From assembly GCF_006345805.1 (NCBI RefSeq), contig NC_042997.1:119970001-120034000 (forward strand): 64,000 nt of DNA. The letters run 5' to 3'. The stretch's first letter is position 1, and the number at the start of each line of letters is the position of its first letter. Positions 37,030-49,587 of the stretch are shown here, in pieces. Made by a program: the position numbers and the translations under genes. The notes beneath the pieces are model-generated. The model was given only the letters and a program-made list of their open reading frames with translations, did not search any database and was not told where the DNA came from. The DNA is from Octopus sinensis (taxonomy: Eukaryota).

Positions 37030-37190
37030 TTTTATGCTCTCTTTGTTTCTTTCTGTGTTCCTTTCTGTGGAAGAGCGTAGGCTCAAAACCTTAAAGACTT
37101 TTTCAATTCCCGAGCGTTATACTAATACATCTGTTTGCTTTCTACACAACCTGTCTTCGTCTTTTGTTTTCTTCGTGAATTCTCCCTATG
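37030..37190 (+). mobile_element. Solo diverged Neptune-type pLTR with decayed hammerhead (37061-37096)
   Basis: cttt CTGTGGA a gagc gtag gctc aaaac ctt aaag; similar to the reverse complement of 27235-27400. Confidence 0.65.
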
Positions 37191-37199
37191 TATATATAT

Positions 37200-37283
<84 letters not shown>

Positions 37284-38449
37284 ACAAAATAGGGGCAAAA
37301 TAATAATTCTAATGCCAAATATGCCCAAACAAAAATTGGCAATAACCATTATAATTTATGTGTCTCGAAACAAACCGATAGAAATTTCTAAAAAATTCGT
37401 TATTACCGTATTGGTTCAATTTCGGAGTTAATTCATAAGAATTTTCTCCTCTTCAGTGGTAAATACGCGAGATATAAGTGAAATACTTACTCATACCCAC
37501 GGAAAAAGCAAGCACTAAGTCCTAAGCAGACCTAAGTACCCCAAATATATCCAAAATAGAAAATCTTCGGCACATCTCGAGACACGTGTGATTCGAACTA
37601 GAAACTTTCACAGGATGAGAGAATCCGGAAGTGAACACTTTGCGTAGCTATCTAAATTTGCAAAGACATATAAGTAAAGTAAACTACATGTACAAAGAAA
37701 AGCGCCATTGCAGGCTTTCGTGTTGAGGTTTACCTATTTGTGGGGAGGATGGGACTCCTTAGCCATTGTGAGAGCAACTCCTCTAGGAGAAGGAAAACCA
37801 GATTTGTATTTCCTGTTAGTTCAAGTGCACTCTCAGCATCTACTTACTGATAGGACAGTCTGGGCTCTATAGCATTTGTGCAACTAGTCTAGGGGAAGAC
37901 CACGCTGATCTCAAATCTCGATCGATTTAGCATCTGACATTTAAAACATTGTGCACTAGTATAGATAAATGTTTTTTTAATGGATGGAGTGTGCATTGTG
38001 GTGAACAAGCAATGATCACTATGTGCAGGTAGCTCAGTAAAATATTATGAGTGAATACTCCCATCATATTTTGATAGAAAGAATGTACCCCACCACGCAC
38101 ACACAACAAACCCTATGATGATGAAGGGATAGCGATAGGAATAGGTGAAGAATGTCACTGGAACCTCTTAGCTTCAACTTCGCACATAGGTGCAGAAATG
38201 TAGTTGACCCCTTTACAAAACATCTGCGGATAATTGCATAATTGAAGTCCTCATTTCACAACAAAGCAGCCCTGTTTAGGATGGCACTGATTTCTTGTCA
38301 TGGCGAAGGTGGGGTGGGGTGGGGTCAAGAAAATGCGACCTAAAAATTGCCCTCTCGCATTGCTTCTTGTCAATAACTGCAAGCGACTGGCAGTCCACAC
38401 CTGCACTAGAAAATTAGGGAAATAGAAAACAAAAGACATTTATAGTTGA

Positions 38450-39400
38450 GAACTTTTCAAGACAACTAGAAAACATAAAAAAGTAGGACGTTTCGGTTGC
38501 CCGTGTCTTGAAGAAAAAGAAAACACGTTGGAATAACGGGTCGTTCAGAAACCAATTAGCGGACTATAGTCAATTACAGTAAGTTGATGGTAGTTACCCT
38601 TTTTTCAGGACGTGTAAGCCTCAGGAAGTAAAGAAAGAGACAGATGTTGGGTTTGCTATTGAAAATGATCTCATGAAACAACTTGATTCTCTCTCTTTTG
38701 GTATTAATGAAAGATTGATGTCATTGCGTAACTGCATTGGCAAAAGTAAATATGCAACTATTTCCAACTGCTCTGTTCCAACCAGAAGCTCAAATGAAAT
38801 ATTCAAAAAGCTGTTCTACTCTGATCTACTTAGCCAGCTGAGAGGTGACTCCATCCACGTTAAATTCTTCTCCTTGGTGATTTCACTATACGGGTCGGTT
38901 GTGATATGTCCATATGGGGTGACGTAATAGTGAAACATGGGGTTGGCAAGTGTAAATCTGCTGCTGCCGTTTTGCAATGAGTATGGATTTTTAACTACCA
39001 TTACTATTTTCCAACTACCCAACCAGTGCAAAATATTACCATCTCATTGATTACATAGTTGTGACGTGTTCCATGAGAGAAGATGTTTCTCTATTCGGTA
39101 GTGTTGGTCTGAATGTAGACTGATACAATCAAACGTGAATTTTGCTCTCAGCAGTCCTATTCGTAACAATCACACACGACCAGCTTGAAAAGTGGATGTG
39201 ATGAAGCTGAAGAACAATGAGAATTTAACTTCATTTAAAACAACCTGTAACAACGAACTTCCTGGCATCTCACACAAAACGGATATTGAATCAACTTGGC
39301 CTGCGTTTAAAAATGCAGTACTTGAGTTGTCTTGTGAAATACTCGGGTATGTTAAGCGGAGGGACCATGATATTTCACGAATGGATAGTCATCTCAGCTG
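38450..39400 (+). pseudogene. RTE (BovB-like) LINE relic, APE endonuclease part
   Basis: VGFAIENDLMKQLDSLSFGINERLMSLR..ATISNCSVPT; DIESTWPAFKNAV. Confidence 0.65.
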
Positions 39401-39427
39401 GGAATGATGACATACTAGCCGAGATAT

Positions 39428-39990
39428 ATATCAGGTTATCCCATAAGTTCTGTCCGATTTTACCGTTTTTAAAATTGAATGCTTTTTAATAGTATTTTAG
39501 AATGTCTAATGGAATTGAAAATTTTTTTAGGCATTTGTGTACATTTAAATTAATTAAATATTATTTTACAGAATAATAGCATTAAACTTTCATTGATCAA
39601 AACCCTTTCTAACATTGAAGTATACAAAGAGCATTTAAGGCACATAATGCTTTATGAGTACAAAAAAAGAAACTCTGCAGCCGAAGCGACACGAAAAATA
39701 CACCCAGTTTATGGGAAAGAATGCTTGAATGAAAAAACTTGCAGAAGATATTTTGCAAAATTCAGAAGTGGTGATTTCAGCCTTGAAGATGAAGATCGAA
39801 CAGGACGTCCAGTTGAGGCATTACTTGAAGAAAATCCTGCATTATCAGTTGAAGAATTGGCAATAAAGCTTAGTTCAAACCATAAAACTGTTCAACAACT
39901 TAGAAAGTTGTTGGACACATTTTGCTATGACGGTCGCACTGATGATTTGCGGGCATTTACAAATGTAATATGTAAGTGGCAACAATAAAA
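39428..39990 (+). mobile_element. Mariner fragment: left TIR plus N-terminal HTH transposase
   Basis: tatcaggttatcccataagttctgtccg; HLRHIMLYEYKKRNSAAEATRKIHPVYGKECLNEKTCRRYFAKFRSGDFSLEDEDRTGRP. Confidence 0.75.
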
Positions 39991-41229
39991 CTTGGTATGT
40001 GAATAATAATTATATTTTGTATCTTTTCATTTGTTTTGTTCGCTTACGTTCTGGCATTTGCTGAATTTTCTTGAGAACAAACTTTTCTTAGTGATCAGGC
40101 TTTTGGGGTGTACATCAAGCATATTGGATGCCATCTTAGTGGTCTCATGCCTCTTATATGCATGTAATATAATTTTTCTGAATCTTCAGATTTTTTTCAA
40201 TATGCTAGACAACTGGATTAAATTGATATTAATCAAATTAATATTCAATTTTTTAAACCTTATTTAAATTTATATAGACAAGTAAATAGATAGAAAGAGA
40301 GGGGGAGAGAGATGCTGTAAAATGTTAATTAGCTGTAGAGACAAAGCGTTTTGTTATGCAACCATGATATTCTAAAATATATTTTGCCGATTTTTATTAT
40401 TCAGTACTGTATTCTACTGTGTTAGCATCAAAATCGGTGTTGGCTGAAGAAAATCTATAAAAATACTTAAACAAACAAATAAAAGAAAAACACTAATAAG
40501 AATAGCTTGGGTTTCATACACAACGGTTATATACATGTATACTATTATAAATGTTATTAAAATTTTCAGACGATGAAAATATCTTATAAAAATAAGATAA
40601 CAACACTAGAGATAGTAATGATAAATATCATAAATTGTTGCTTACATTTGAAAAAGAATCTCAAGCATTGGCACCGCGGAACTCAAACTTCCTGCTGAAG
40701 TTCATTCTGCTACATTTTGCTTCGTTTTATTTATTGCCGCTGTTTAGGTTTTTCGTGGATAAAGATGAATGAAGACGGGCATTCCCCAATAACGAAATCT
40801 AAATAATTTGTTATATGCTGGTGTTATTGTGATCGGAACGATACAAGTTGAATAATATTCATAGAAAATTTATGTGCGGCAAAACTTGTAATTTACTCTC
40901 TGTTTAATATCTGTGTAAATGTAGAGATCGCTTTCTTGAAGACCCAAGATGCTGTCTGAAATATTCGCTATAACACATCACAATATCAATATAACCAGCT
41001 GTTTCGCAGTTCAGAATATTATAAGCACCAATAAAATTTACGGTTGATGTACTTTTCCCATATGTTCACACGATTCGATTAAACAAACATGAAAAGAAAA
41101 AAAAAACCGTTACACACTTGTAAATGCTTCTACAAACCAGCGAAACAAATATTAGCTCCTTGTAAATGTGGTAGGAAATTTCACAAAAGGCATCTGTTTT
41201 AATTGTTTACGCAAATCATCATTATTCAT

Positions 41230-41525
41230 CGTCCACGTGGCTGTGTGGTAAGAAACTTGCTTCTCAAACGCATGATGCTAGGTTCAATCTCGTCTACTAT
41301 AGCCTCACCAGACCAAAGCCTTGCCAGTGAGATTGGTAGACGGAAACTCAAAGAAGTTCACCATATATGGTGTATGTGCGTGTTTGTTCCTCCCCTACCC
41401 AATCGCTCGGCAACCAAAAGAATATGTACTAAGCTTACAAAGAATAAATCCTGTGGTCTGTTTGTTTGACTAAAGGTGATGCCTCAGCATGCCTGCGGTC
41501 AAGTGACTGAAATAAGTAAAATAAT
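41230..41525 (+). mobile_element. Diverged tRNA-derived SINE (family of 21951-22390)
   Basis: gtggctgtgtggtaagaa...accaaagccttg...ggtagacggaaact...gactgaaataagtaaaa. Confidence 0.7.
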
Positions 41526-41954
41526 AGAAATAATATAAAGCTGAGGGTATATCTAGTTTTAGTTTTTGTGAATTTAGTTTTAGTTTTTAATGATGATGAC
41601 CATGAATTTTTCAAGTATCGATGCAACCAAATTTATTTTAATTAATTCTTGCAGATAATAGAACTGATTTATCCCTATTTAGGAAATATACTTTTATTTC
41701 AAGGCAGTAAACAGAAATAAGGATTCCACTCACGCAGTTAACTTTGGCATGCCACAAAACTGCCATTGTCTATTGTATGTCAGTATTGGTGTTGCTGATA
41801 ACAATTACAGCCATCAACGTTGGACAAAATTCCCACGTGACAAACGATACTACATAGCCTTTTCTACTCATGGCCCGGAATTTTGGGGCAAGTTGCCATT
41901 CGATTAGATCGACACCAGTACGCAAATCGTACTTCATATATTACCCTCATACGC

Positions 41955-42245
41955 AATCAGATGCTTTGGGTTGGGCACCTTGCTAGTAAGCAGCATGATA
42001 GGTTGCCAAATCAGTTCTTTTATGGGGAGGGTCTGCGTGTCAAACGATCGAGACATACACCCAAGAAACATTTTAGGGATTCTGTTAAAAGCAAAGTTAG
42101 GGCACTTAATGTGAAAGTTGAAGATAACGTAAGTTCGATCGGTTTGGAAACAAATGATCTGTAATAGATGTAATGTTTTTGAAGTTCGAAGAATTGAAAA
42201 ATCTATCTTGAGGCGAGAACTTCGTAGACCGCTTTTAACTACAAC
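41955..42245 (+). pseudogene. RTE LINE 3' terminal relic
   Basis: QMLWVGHLASKQHDRLPNQFFYGEGLRVKRSRHTPKKHFRD. Confidence 0.7.
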
Positions 42246-42402
42246 ACTAGACATTTTGCTATTTAAAAATATTTGTAAGGTCTGCAGTAGTTTTTGTTTG
42301 TGAAGAGCAGATCTTGCTATTCATACAAGATCTCATGATAGCATTTATTAATTGAAGAGATAGCCTTCTGTAAATAAGTAGCAATCACACACACACACAC
42401 AA

Positions 42403-42450
<48 letters not shown>

Positions 42451-42456
<6 letters not shown>

Positions 42457-42998
42457 GTGTACATTTAAACACAAGAGAAAACTACCTTTAACAGGTAATT
42501 TTTACACGCTAGAAGAAGCAGTCAAAACGACCAAATCCACATTTAAGATCAATTTCGAAGGGAATTTCTAAGAATATTGGCTACCCTACATATATATATA
42601 TATATATATGTATATAAGTTATATAACGAATATGATTTTAGCATTTCGAAGATCGGTTCGGCATTATCAATAAACTGCGGATTGAAACCGCGCTTGCGCG
42701 GTGAATTTTGGAAAGTCATAACATATAATGATGAGGCACGGGTTAATTGCGTCTACATTATATGTTAGTTGTCAAGGCACGGTTATTGATGAGTATTCGC
42801 CGAGCAAATTATCTATCTGCTAAAGAAATCTGAAACCTAGGTATAACCGCAAAAAATAACAAGGTAAAAGTTTTTATTTTTCATTCCCTCCGACGATTGC
42901 TCTTAAATGTGGTTTTGGTCGTTTTGACTGCTTCTTCTAACGTGTAAAAAATACCTGTTAAAGGTAGTTTTCTCTTGTGTTTAAATGTACACCATTTT
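42451..42998. mobile_element. Fold-back non-coding element with an internal hammerhead
   Basis: 42451-42565 is approximately the reverse complement of 42885-42998; (TA)n flanks. Confidence 0.7.
42780..42849 (+). ncRNA. Type I hammerhead-like motif (C3U, long decayed stem II)
   Basis: cggtta TTGATGA ...39 nt... GAAAC CTAG GTA^taaccg; stem I 6 bp; stem III ACCTAGGT. Confidence 0.65.
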
Positions 42999-43072
42999 AT
43001 ATTGAGAATATGTTGTCTATAGACTTTTTATACATGCTAGGCTACTGGTGGTGAAATTACTAAGAATATTCG

Positions 43073-43119
<47 letters not shown>

Positions 43120-43290
43120 GTATGTATACATATATAATACATACATATATATACATATATATATATATATGTATATGTATATCTATATATATAGATATAC
43201 ATATACATATATATATATATATATGTATATATTGTATACGTATACATATATTCATATATGTATATTTAAATATGCATATATAAATATATG

Positions 43291-43321
<31 letters not shown>

Positions 43322-43346
43322 TATATATATACACAAACACACACAT

Positions 43347-43389
<43 letters not shown>

Positions 43390-43390
<1 letters not shown>

Positions 43391-44083
43391 GTATTTCTGT
43401 AATGCATTAGATGCCACATATCTAACGAAGAAAGAATCCGTGTCTACTGGGTGTACCTGCAATTCTCTCACGCTAACAAAGTCATAACGCTTCTTAAATC
43501 TCATAACCTAAATGATTTGCAATTCTCCACGTTTTCCACACTGAACGTCTCGCCATACTGACACCAGATGTTATAGTGTCTGTGATATATCCATTCAAAG
43601 GTTGAAGTACTTTTGTGCCAGTCTCACAATATCTTTTAAGCTGAGCAAAGTTGCAAGGGCTAAGGTCGCATATAAAACGGTTAGAAATGCAAAAGCAGAA
43701 TATATCAAATGCTAACAATCGATGCGTGAGACACTAGAATGCTTATTATACTAGTTCCAATTTACTAAGTAATCATCGTCACTGTTTTTTCATACCTGCC
43801 CCAAAGCTTTGGCCGAGGTTGTATATACATACATGCATTTAAAAAGATTTAACTTGCTTTGTGGAAGGACTGTTTCAACGAAGTCGTGTCTTGTTCTTAC
43901 CTTCGTACGCGGAGTAGATGAAACAGGGACAACTGAAGAAAGGGAATATTCCTTGCGTTGTATGTCTTGTCCTCTGTTTTTTCATTGATTGAAAAAATGT
44001 TCGTTTCTATGTTTTTGTTGTTATGTTTTCGTTTCTCATTGTGTTCAGCGTTTTTTGGTGACTTGTACTCATATATACATGTA

Positions 44084-44122
<39 letters not shown>

Positions 44123-44217
44123 ATATATATATATATGTATATGTATATCTATATATATATATATATATGTATATGTATATCTATATATATATATATAATA
44201 TATATATATATATATAG

Positions 44218-44248
<31 letters not shown>

Positions 44249-44257
44249 ACACAAACA

Positions 44258-44291
<34 letters not shown>

Positions 44292-45012
44292 ATATATATA
44301 TATATATATATATGTATTTCTGTAATGCATTAGATGCCACATATCTAACGAAGAAAGAATCCGTGTCTACTGGGTGTACCTGCAATTCTCTCACGCTAAC
44401 AAAGTCATAACGCTTCTTAAATCTCATAACCTAAATGATTTGCAATTCTCCACGTTTTCCACACTGAACGTCTCGCCATACTGACACCAGATGTTATAGT
44501 GTCTGTGATATATCCATTCAAAGGTTGAAGTACTTTTGTGCCAGTCTCACAATATCTTTTAAGCTGAGCAAAGTTGCAAGGGCTAAGGTCGCATATAAAA
44601 CGGTTAGAAATGCAAAAGCAGAATATATCAAATGCTAACAATCGATGCGTGAGACACTAGAATGCTTATTATACTAGTTCCAATTTACTAAGTAATCATC
44701 GTCACTGTTTTTTCATACCTGCCCCAAAGCTTTGGCCGAGGTTGTATATACATACATGCATTTAAAAAGATTTAACTTGCTTTGTGGAAGGACTGTTTCA
44801 ACGAAGTCGTGTCTTGTTCTTACCTTCGTACGCGGAGTAGATGAAACAGGGACAACTGAAGAAGAAAGGGAATATTCCTTGCGTTGTATGTCTTGTCCTC
44901 TGTTTTTTCATTGATTGAAAAAATGTTCGTTTCTATGTTTTTGTTGTTATGTTTTCGTTTCTCATTGTGTTCAGCGTTTTTTGGTGACTTGTACTCATAT
45001 ATACATGTATGC
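43390..45012. repeat. Tandem duplication of a ~700-bp unique unit, with microsatellite spacer (period about 920 bp)
   Basis: 43390-44090 is nearly identical to 44312-45012. Confidence 0.9.
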
Positions 45013-45023
45013 ATATATATATA

Positions 45024-45076
<53 letters not shown>

Positions 45077-45126
45077 ATTGAAGAAATGGAGTTGAACGAA
45101 GATTGAACAGAAATCGTTTTATTGCA

Positions 45127-45206
45127 TTCTACACGTGTTTCGAAAGGCACAATTTACCAAATTCCGATTGAATAAGGAGACCATATTGTGTCTTTCTCTT
45201 CAGGAA
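45127..45206 (-). ncRNA. Type I hammerhead (inverted copy)
   Basis: Reverse complement of 49588-49667. Confidence 0.8.
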
Positions 45207-46280
45207 GAAATAGGAATCCGTTGGAAAAAACAAAAACAGAACAGAGGCGGAGCAAAACAAATCGAACGAGGCTCCTAAGAGCCCATGGCCAAACTGTTTA
45301 TCAATGTATGTTGAAAACTGGTGGTGGGTGCGTTGAAGGTTTTAACGGGTCAGGCAGCGGTCATTCCGGTGGGTGGGAGCACGGGGTGCTTAGATGTTCT
45401 TTGTGACCGAGACTAAAGTTCTGACTATTTAAGGAATATTAGGTGTATTATATGGGGCGAGCCAAAATCTACTTAGAAACATGTGGTGTGTACTGTTCTA
45501 TGTGTTCGTATGTGCGTTTGATCACGTGGCCGTCAGTGGTAAACAGCCCTACACAATGGTCACTGCTGTAAAATCCGTCGGGTGGCAGAAAGAAATTTTT
45601 TATGTGTGCGTGTGTTCGTCTAAACCTGCCTTGTCAAAGAAACCCCCCGTCGCCAAGACAAATCACCATTCGTCTCCCAGGAGTAATTCCCCTTGCAATG
45701 GTTAATCATATTTCTATTAAAAGTTTTTCAGAATTTATTTCCAAGGGCTATTTTCATATAAGTAGTGTAACCGGGTGCAGGTATTATTTATAAGCGTTAT
45801 TTATAAGCAAGATAAGTATAACGCCGCCAGTGGGGGCATCGAAAAGGTTTTAACGGGTCAGGCAGCGGTCATTCCGGTGGGTGGGAGCACAGGGTGCTTA
45901 GATGTTCTTTGTGACCGAGACTAAAGTTCTGACTATTTAAAGAATATTAGGTGTATTATATGGGGCGAGCGAAAATCTACTTAGAAACATGTGTGTGTGT
46001 ACTGTTCTATGTTTCTGTGTGTACTGTTCTATGATTTCTGTTCCTTCGTTCAACTCTATTTCTTCAATTCACTAATAATATTAAAATTCAATTATCCGCA
46101 CCAACGCACGGTTGTAACACCATATGGTTGTACCTCCAACCGTGCTGTCTTCTGCTGTGATTTTTGCTACCAAGGTATCGGTTAAACTTTTGATTAATCT
46201 GCAACAAGATTATTCATCTTTCTATTTCATAAAATACATACCGCTTCGTCAAGAAACTGCTACCTTAACCGATACCAATA

Positions 46281-48995
46281 ATGGAGTTGTTCGAGATTGA
46301 TGCGTCCCTTAAGGATATTCCTATACCACCGAAGGACGCCTTCCTTAAGGAGTTGGTTTGTAAAACCAACGCATTCATAAACCGGATAAGATGGCTCGTT
46401 TTCTTCCACGAGAACGAAGATCTAAAATCGAACCGGACAACAGCATCGTCCGAATATGGCCGGCTTTTTAAAACATTGGATACGCCGCCACCCAACCCAA
46501 GACTGAAGAAGTTTGAGGACGACTTGTGGGACATAGTTAGAAAGATTAAGTTCAGGAAGTCACCCAGGAGAAATGCCCACCTCAGATACCTAGATAAAAT
46601 TACCAAGGACATTAATAGAACGGACGGAGTCCTGGTCCAGTCCGACAAGACCAGGAACACATACAAGCTACCCATTAAGCAGTACCTACATTTACTCGGT
46701 AAAGAGATCAAGAAAAATTATAGAACAACCAATTGGAGTACCCTGAGGAAGGTAAACTTGGAAATTAAGGAAATAATGTTGAAACACGGAATTCAAATGA
46801 GAACGCAGCCGCTTAGCCCTAAGCAACCTAGATTCATAGTGAAGGACTATAAACCGAACTTCCACACCAACCCAGCGCTAAGACTCATATGCCCTGCTAG
46901 CTCTGATATCGGGATAATCAGTAAGTACATTTTAGATAAATATATCCCTAGTTTAGTAAACAAACTGAAGCTCAGCCTCTGGGCCAACTCCTCGCAGGTA
47001 GTGAAGTGGTTCTCTTCCATCCCCAATAAGAACCGTACTAGGTTCATCCAGTTTGATATCGCCAGCTTCTACCCCTCGATTAACCCTAGTGTACTAAATA
47101 AGGCCCTTTGGCATGCTCACAACAAGGCTGGCCTCACCAGAGAAGAAATAGATATCCTTTTAGTTGCCAGGAAATCGTTTATTAAGTTTGATAATAAGTT
47201 GTGGATCCGTAAAGATACTCCCAATGAATTTGATGTGCCTATGGGTAGTTCGGATAGTGCGCAGATAGCCGATTTGGTCGGAATATATATTCTCTACGAA
47301 TTGTCCGACCAATTCCCGGAGATCGCGGGCGGCCTGTATCCTGACGATTGTCTGTTTTACCTGCAAAACACCACGAACAGAATAGTGCAGAAAACTAAGA
47401 GCAGGCTAGCTAGGTTTTTTAATAGAATGGGCATGAATATAGTTTTTGATAATGAACTCACCAAGGCAAATTTCCTAGACGTTACACTTAACCTTAATAG
47501 CGACTCATACTGCCCTTACCATAAGCCTTCCACTAATTTGAAGTATGTCAGTGTCTTCTCCAATCATGCCAAAACCGTAACAGACAATTTGGTTAAAAAC
47601 ATCTCTCTAAGATTGTCTGGCTTGTCCGCTAGTGCCGATATTTTTATGCAGAAAGCGGAATTTTATAACGCCGCACTATCCAAGGCCGGTTATAGGCAGA
47701 AGGTAATTTATATTGATCCGGCCCTTCCGATGCCATCATTCGGTCATCAGGATAGGGCCGTCTATTATAACATTAATAATTTAAGTAGTGACGGGAGCGC
47801 GGCGGGTGCTGGGGCAGTCGCTCCCGCATTTAATTTAGCGAACAAGGATAATTATCGGTCCGGGGGATCTCACACTAACCCAAAACCCGTTATTCATCCG
47901 AGAATCACCCACCCGAATGCGAGAGCTGGCGTCCCGACCCATCACATAAATAGGAACAGGCATATATGGTTTGTAATTCCCTTTGGTAAGCAGATTAGAA
48001 CTAACCTCCCCCTCATGTTTCGACAAGCCATCGCCAATAACTTCCCCAGAAGTTCCAAATATTACTCCACGGTTAATTCGCATAAAGTTAGGATAGCTTT
48101 CTCCAACACTAAAAACCTCGCCCAGATAGTCGCCTCCCATAATAATAGGTTGCTTACTAAGACCCTACCACCTTTTTCCGGAGGCACAGCTTCTTCCGCT
48201 CCCGGTTTAACGCTCAGTAGGAATAATAATAGTAGTATTAATGATATGAGAGCCAGTACAGTGACTCATAATCTCAGCTCCAACCAGGGATTATATACTA
48301 GGGGTATAGTTATAAATAAGGGTGATGTCATTGACGGTAACGATGACAGTAGTGAGGTGAGCGCAGCTCGGCTCGCTAGGGTAGAGAGTCCCAATAGCAA
48401 CTCCAGCATCGTTTCCGGCAATAGCAGCACCACGGGCACTAGCAATGACAGCACTCTGAGTGATAGTGTAGAATCAGGGGTTATTCCGTTAGTTAATAGT
48501 GACGTAGTGGAAAATAAAGTAGTAAGCGGCTGCAGTTCTCGCAACAAATATAGTAACAGTAACGCAGTTCTAATTTCAGAAACTAATCCTAATAGAATAA
48601 GGTTCAAGTCGTTGAACTCCAAGATCAGAAACGCCGTCTACCAATGTAAGGTTTACACGGACTCAGATGTCTACTCTTATGTCGGGGCCTCATCGTCAAG
48701 ATTGTCCTCACGAATCTCCAACCATTACGCAACTTTTCGAGACGTGAATAAATACCAGACCGCGGGACTTAGCAAGCTAATATGGCGATTGAAGAATACG
48801 AACTCGAGCTACAGCCTGGAACGGTCAATTTTGTCGGTGGCCCTCCCATTTGACAGGGGCAGAAGGAAGTGCAACCTTTGTGTCTCCGAACTCTTCCATA
48901 TATTGTTCGCCAGAGACCGGATGGTAAACGGACTTTTACAGTCGGCTTTTCGATGCCCCCACTGGCGGCGTTATACTTATCTTGCTTATAAATAA
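46281..48995 (+). CDS. PLE reverse transcriptase plus C-terminal GIY-YIG endonuclease, 904 aa, uninterrupted
   Basis: SLKDIPIP N-terminus; VQSDKTRNTY; FIQFDIASFYPSI; VPMGSSDSAQIADLVG; GLYPDD; NFLDVTLNL; IWFVIPF; AVYQCKV..YVG..RISNH..F; KCNLC. Confidence 0.9.
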   Translation: MELFEIDASLKDIPIPPKDAFLKELVCKTNAFINRIRWLVFFHENEDLKSNRTTASSEYGRLFKTLDTPPPNPRLKKFEDDLWDIVRKIKFRKSPRRNAHLRYLDKITKDINRTDGVLVQSDKTRNTYKLPIKQYLHLLGKEIKKNYRTTNWSTLRKVNLEIKEIMLKHGIQMRTQPLSPKQPRFIVKDYKPNFHTNPALRLICPASSDIGIISKYILDKYIPSLVNKLKLSLWANSSQVVKWFSSIPNKNRTRFIQFDIASFYPSINPSVLNKALWHAHNKAGLTREEIDILLVARKSFIKFDNKLWIRKDTPNEFDVPMGSSDSAQIADLVGIYILYELSDQFPEIAGGLYPDDCLFYLQNTTNRIVQKTKSRLARFFNRMGMNIVFDNELTKANFLDVTLNLNSDSYCPYHKPSTNLKYVSVFSNHAKTVTDNLVKNISLRLSGLSASADIFMQKAEFYNAALSKAGYRQKVIYIDPALPMPSFGHQDRAVYYNINNLSSDGSAAGAGAVAPAFNLANKDNYRSGGSHTNPKPVIHPRITHPNARAGVPTHHINRNRHIWFVIPFGKQIRTNLPLMFRQAIANNFPRSSKYYSTVNSHKVRIAFSNTKNLAQIVASHNNRLLTKTLPPFSGGTASSAPGLTLSRNNNSSINDMRASTVTHNLSSNQGLYTRGIVINKGDVIDGNDDSSEVSAARLARVESPNSNSSIVSGNSSTTGTSNDSTLSDSVESGVIPLVNSDVVENKVVSGCSSRNKYSNSNAVLISETNPNRIRFKSLNSKIRNAVYQCKVYTDSDVYSYVGASSSRLSSRISNHYATFRDVNKYQTAGLSKLIWRLKNTNSSYSLERSILSVALPFDRGRRKCNLCVSELFHILFARDRMVNGLLQSAFRCPHWRRYTYLAYK

Positions 48996-49587
48996 CGCTT
49001 ATGAATAATACCTGCACCCGGTTACACTACTTATATGAAAATAGCCCTTGGAAATAAATTCTGAAAAACTTTTAAGAGAAATATGATTAACCATTGCAAG
49101 GGGAATTACTCCTGGGAGACGAATGGTGATTTGTCTTGGCGACGGGGGGTTTCTTTGACAAGGCAGGTTTAGACGAACACACGCACACATAAAAAATTTC
49201 TTTCTGCCACCCGACGGATTTTACAGCAGTGACCATTGTGTAGGGCTGTTTACCAACTGACGGCCACGTGATCAAACGCACATACGAACACATAGAACAG
49301 TACACACACACATGTTTCTAAGTAGATTTTGGCTCGCCCCATATAATACACCTAATATTCTTTAAATAGTCAGAACTTTAGTCTCGGTCACAAAGAACAT
49401 CTAAGCACCCCGTGCTCCCACCCACCGGAATGACCGCTGCCTGACCCGTTAAAACCTTCAACGCACCCACCACCAGTTTTCAACATACATTGATAAACAG
49501 TTTGGCCATGGGCTCTTAGGAGCCTCGTTCGATTTGTTTTGCTCCGCCTCTGTTCTGTTTTTGTTTTTCCAACGGATTTCCTATTTC

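Noticed and set aside
46281-48995. Telomerase or domesticated host gene
   Set aside because: It has a GIY-YIG domain, terminal repeats with a hammerhead and TE-type flanks, and lacks TERT-specific domains.
46265-49017. Minus-strand ORFs inside the 904-aa PLE ORF, and plus-strand ORFs inside the R4 and Neptune elements
   Set aside because: Shadow frames of real coding sequence, with no domain motifs.
49083-49130. SECIS-like ATGA-N11-AA...TGAT in the Naiad-like 3' UTR
   Set aside because: The helix (ACCATT/AATGGT) is out of register with the GA quartet by about 3 nt, and the ORF has no in-frame TGA to recode.
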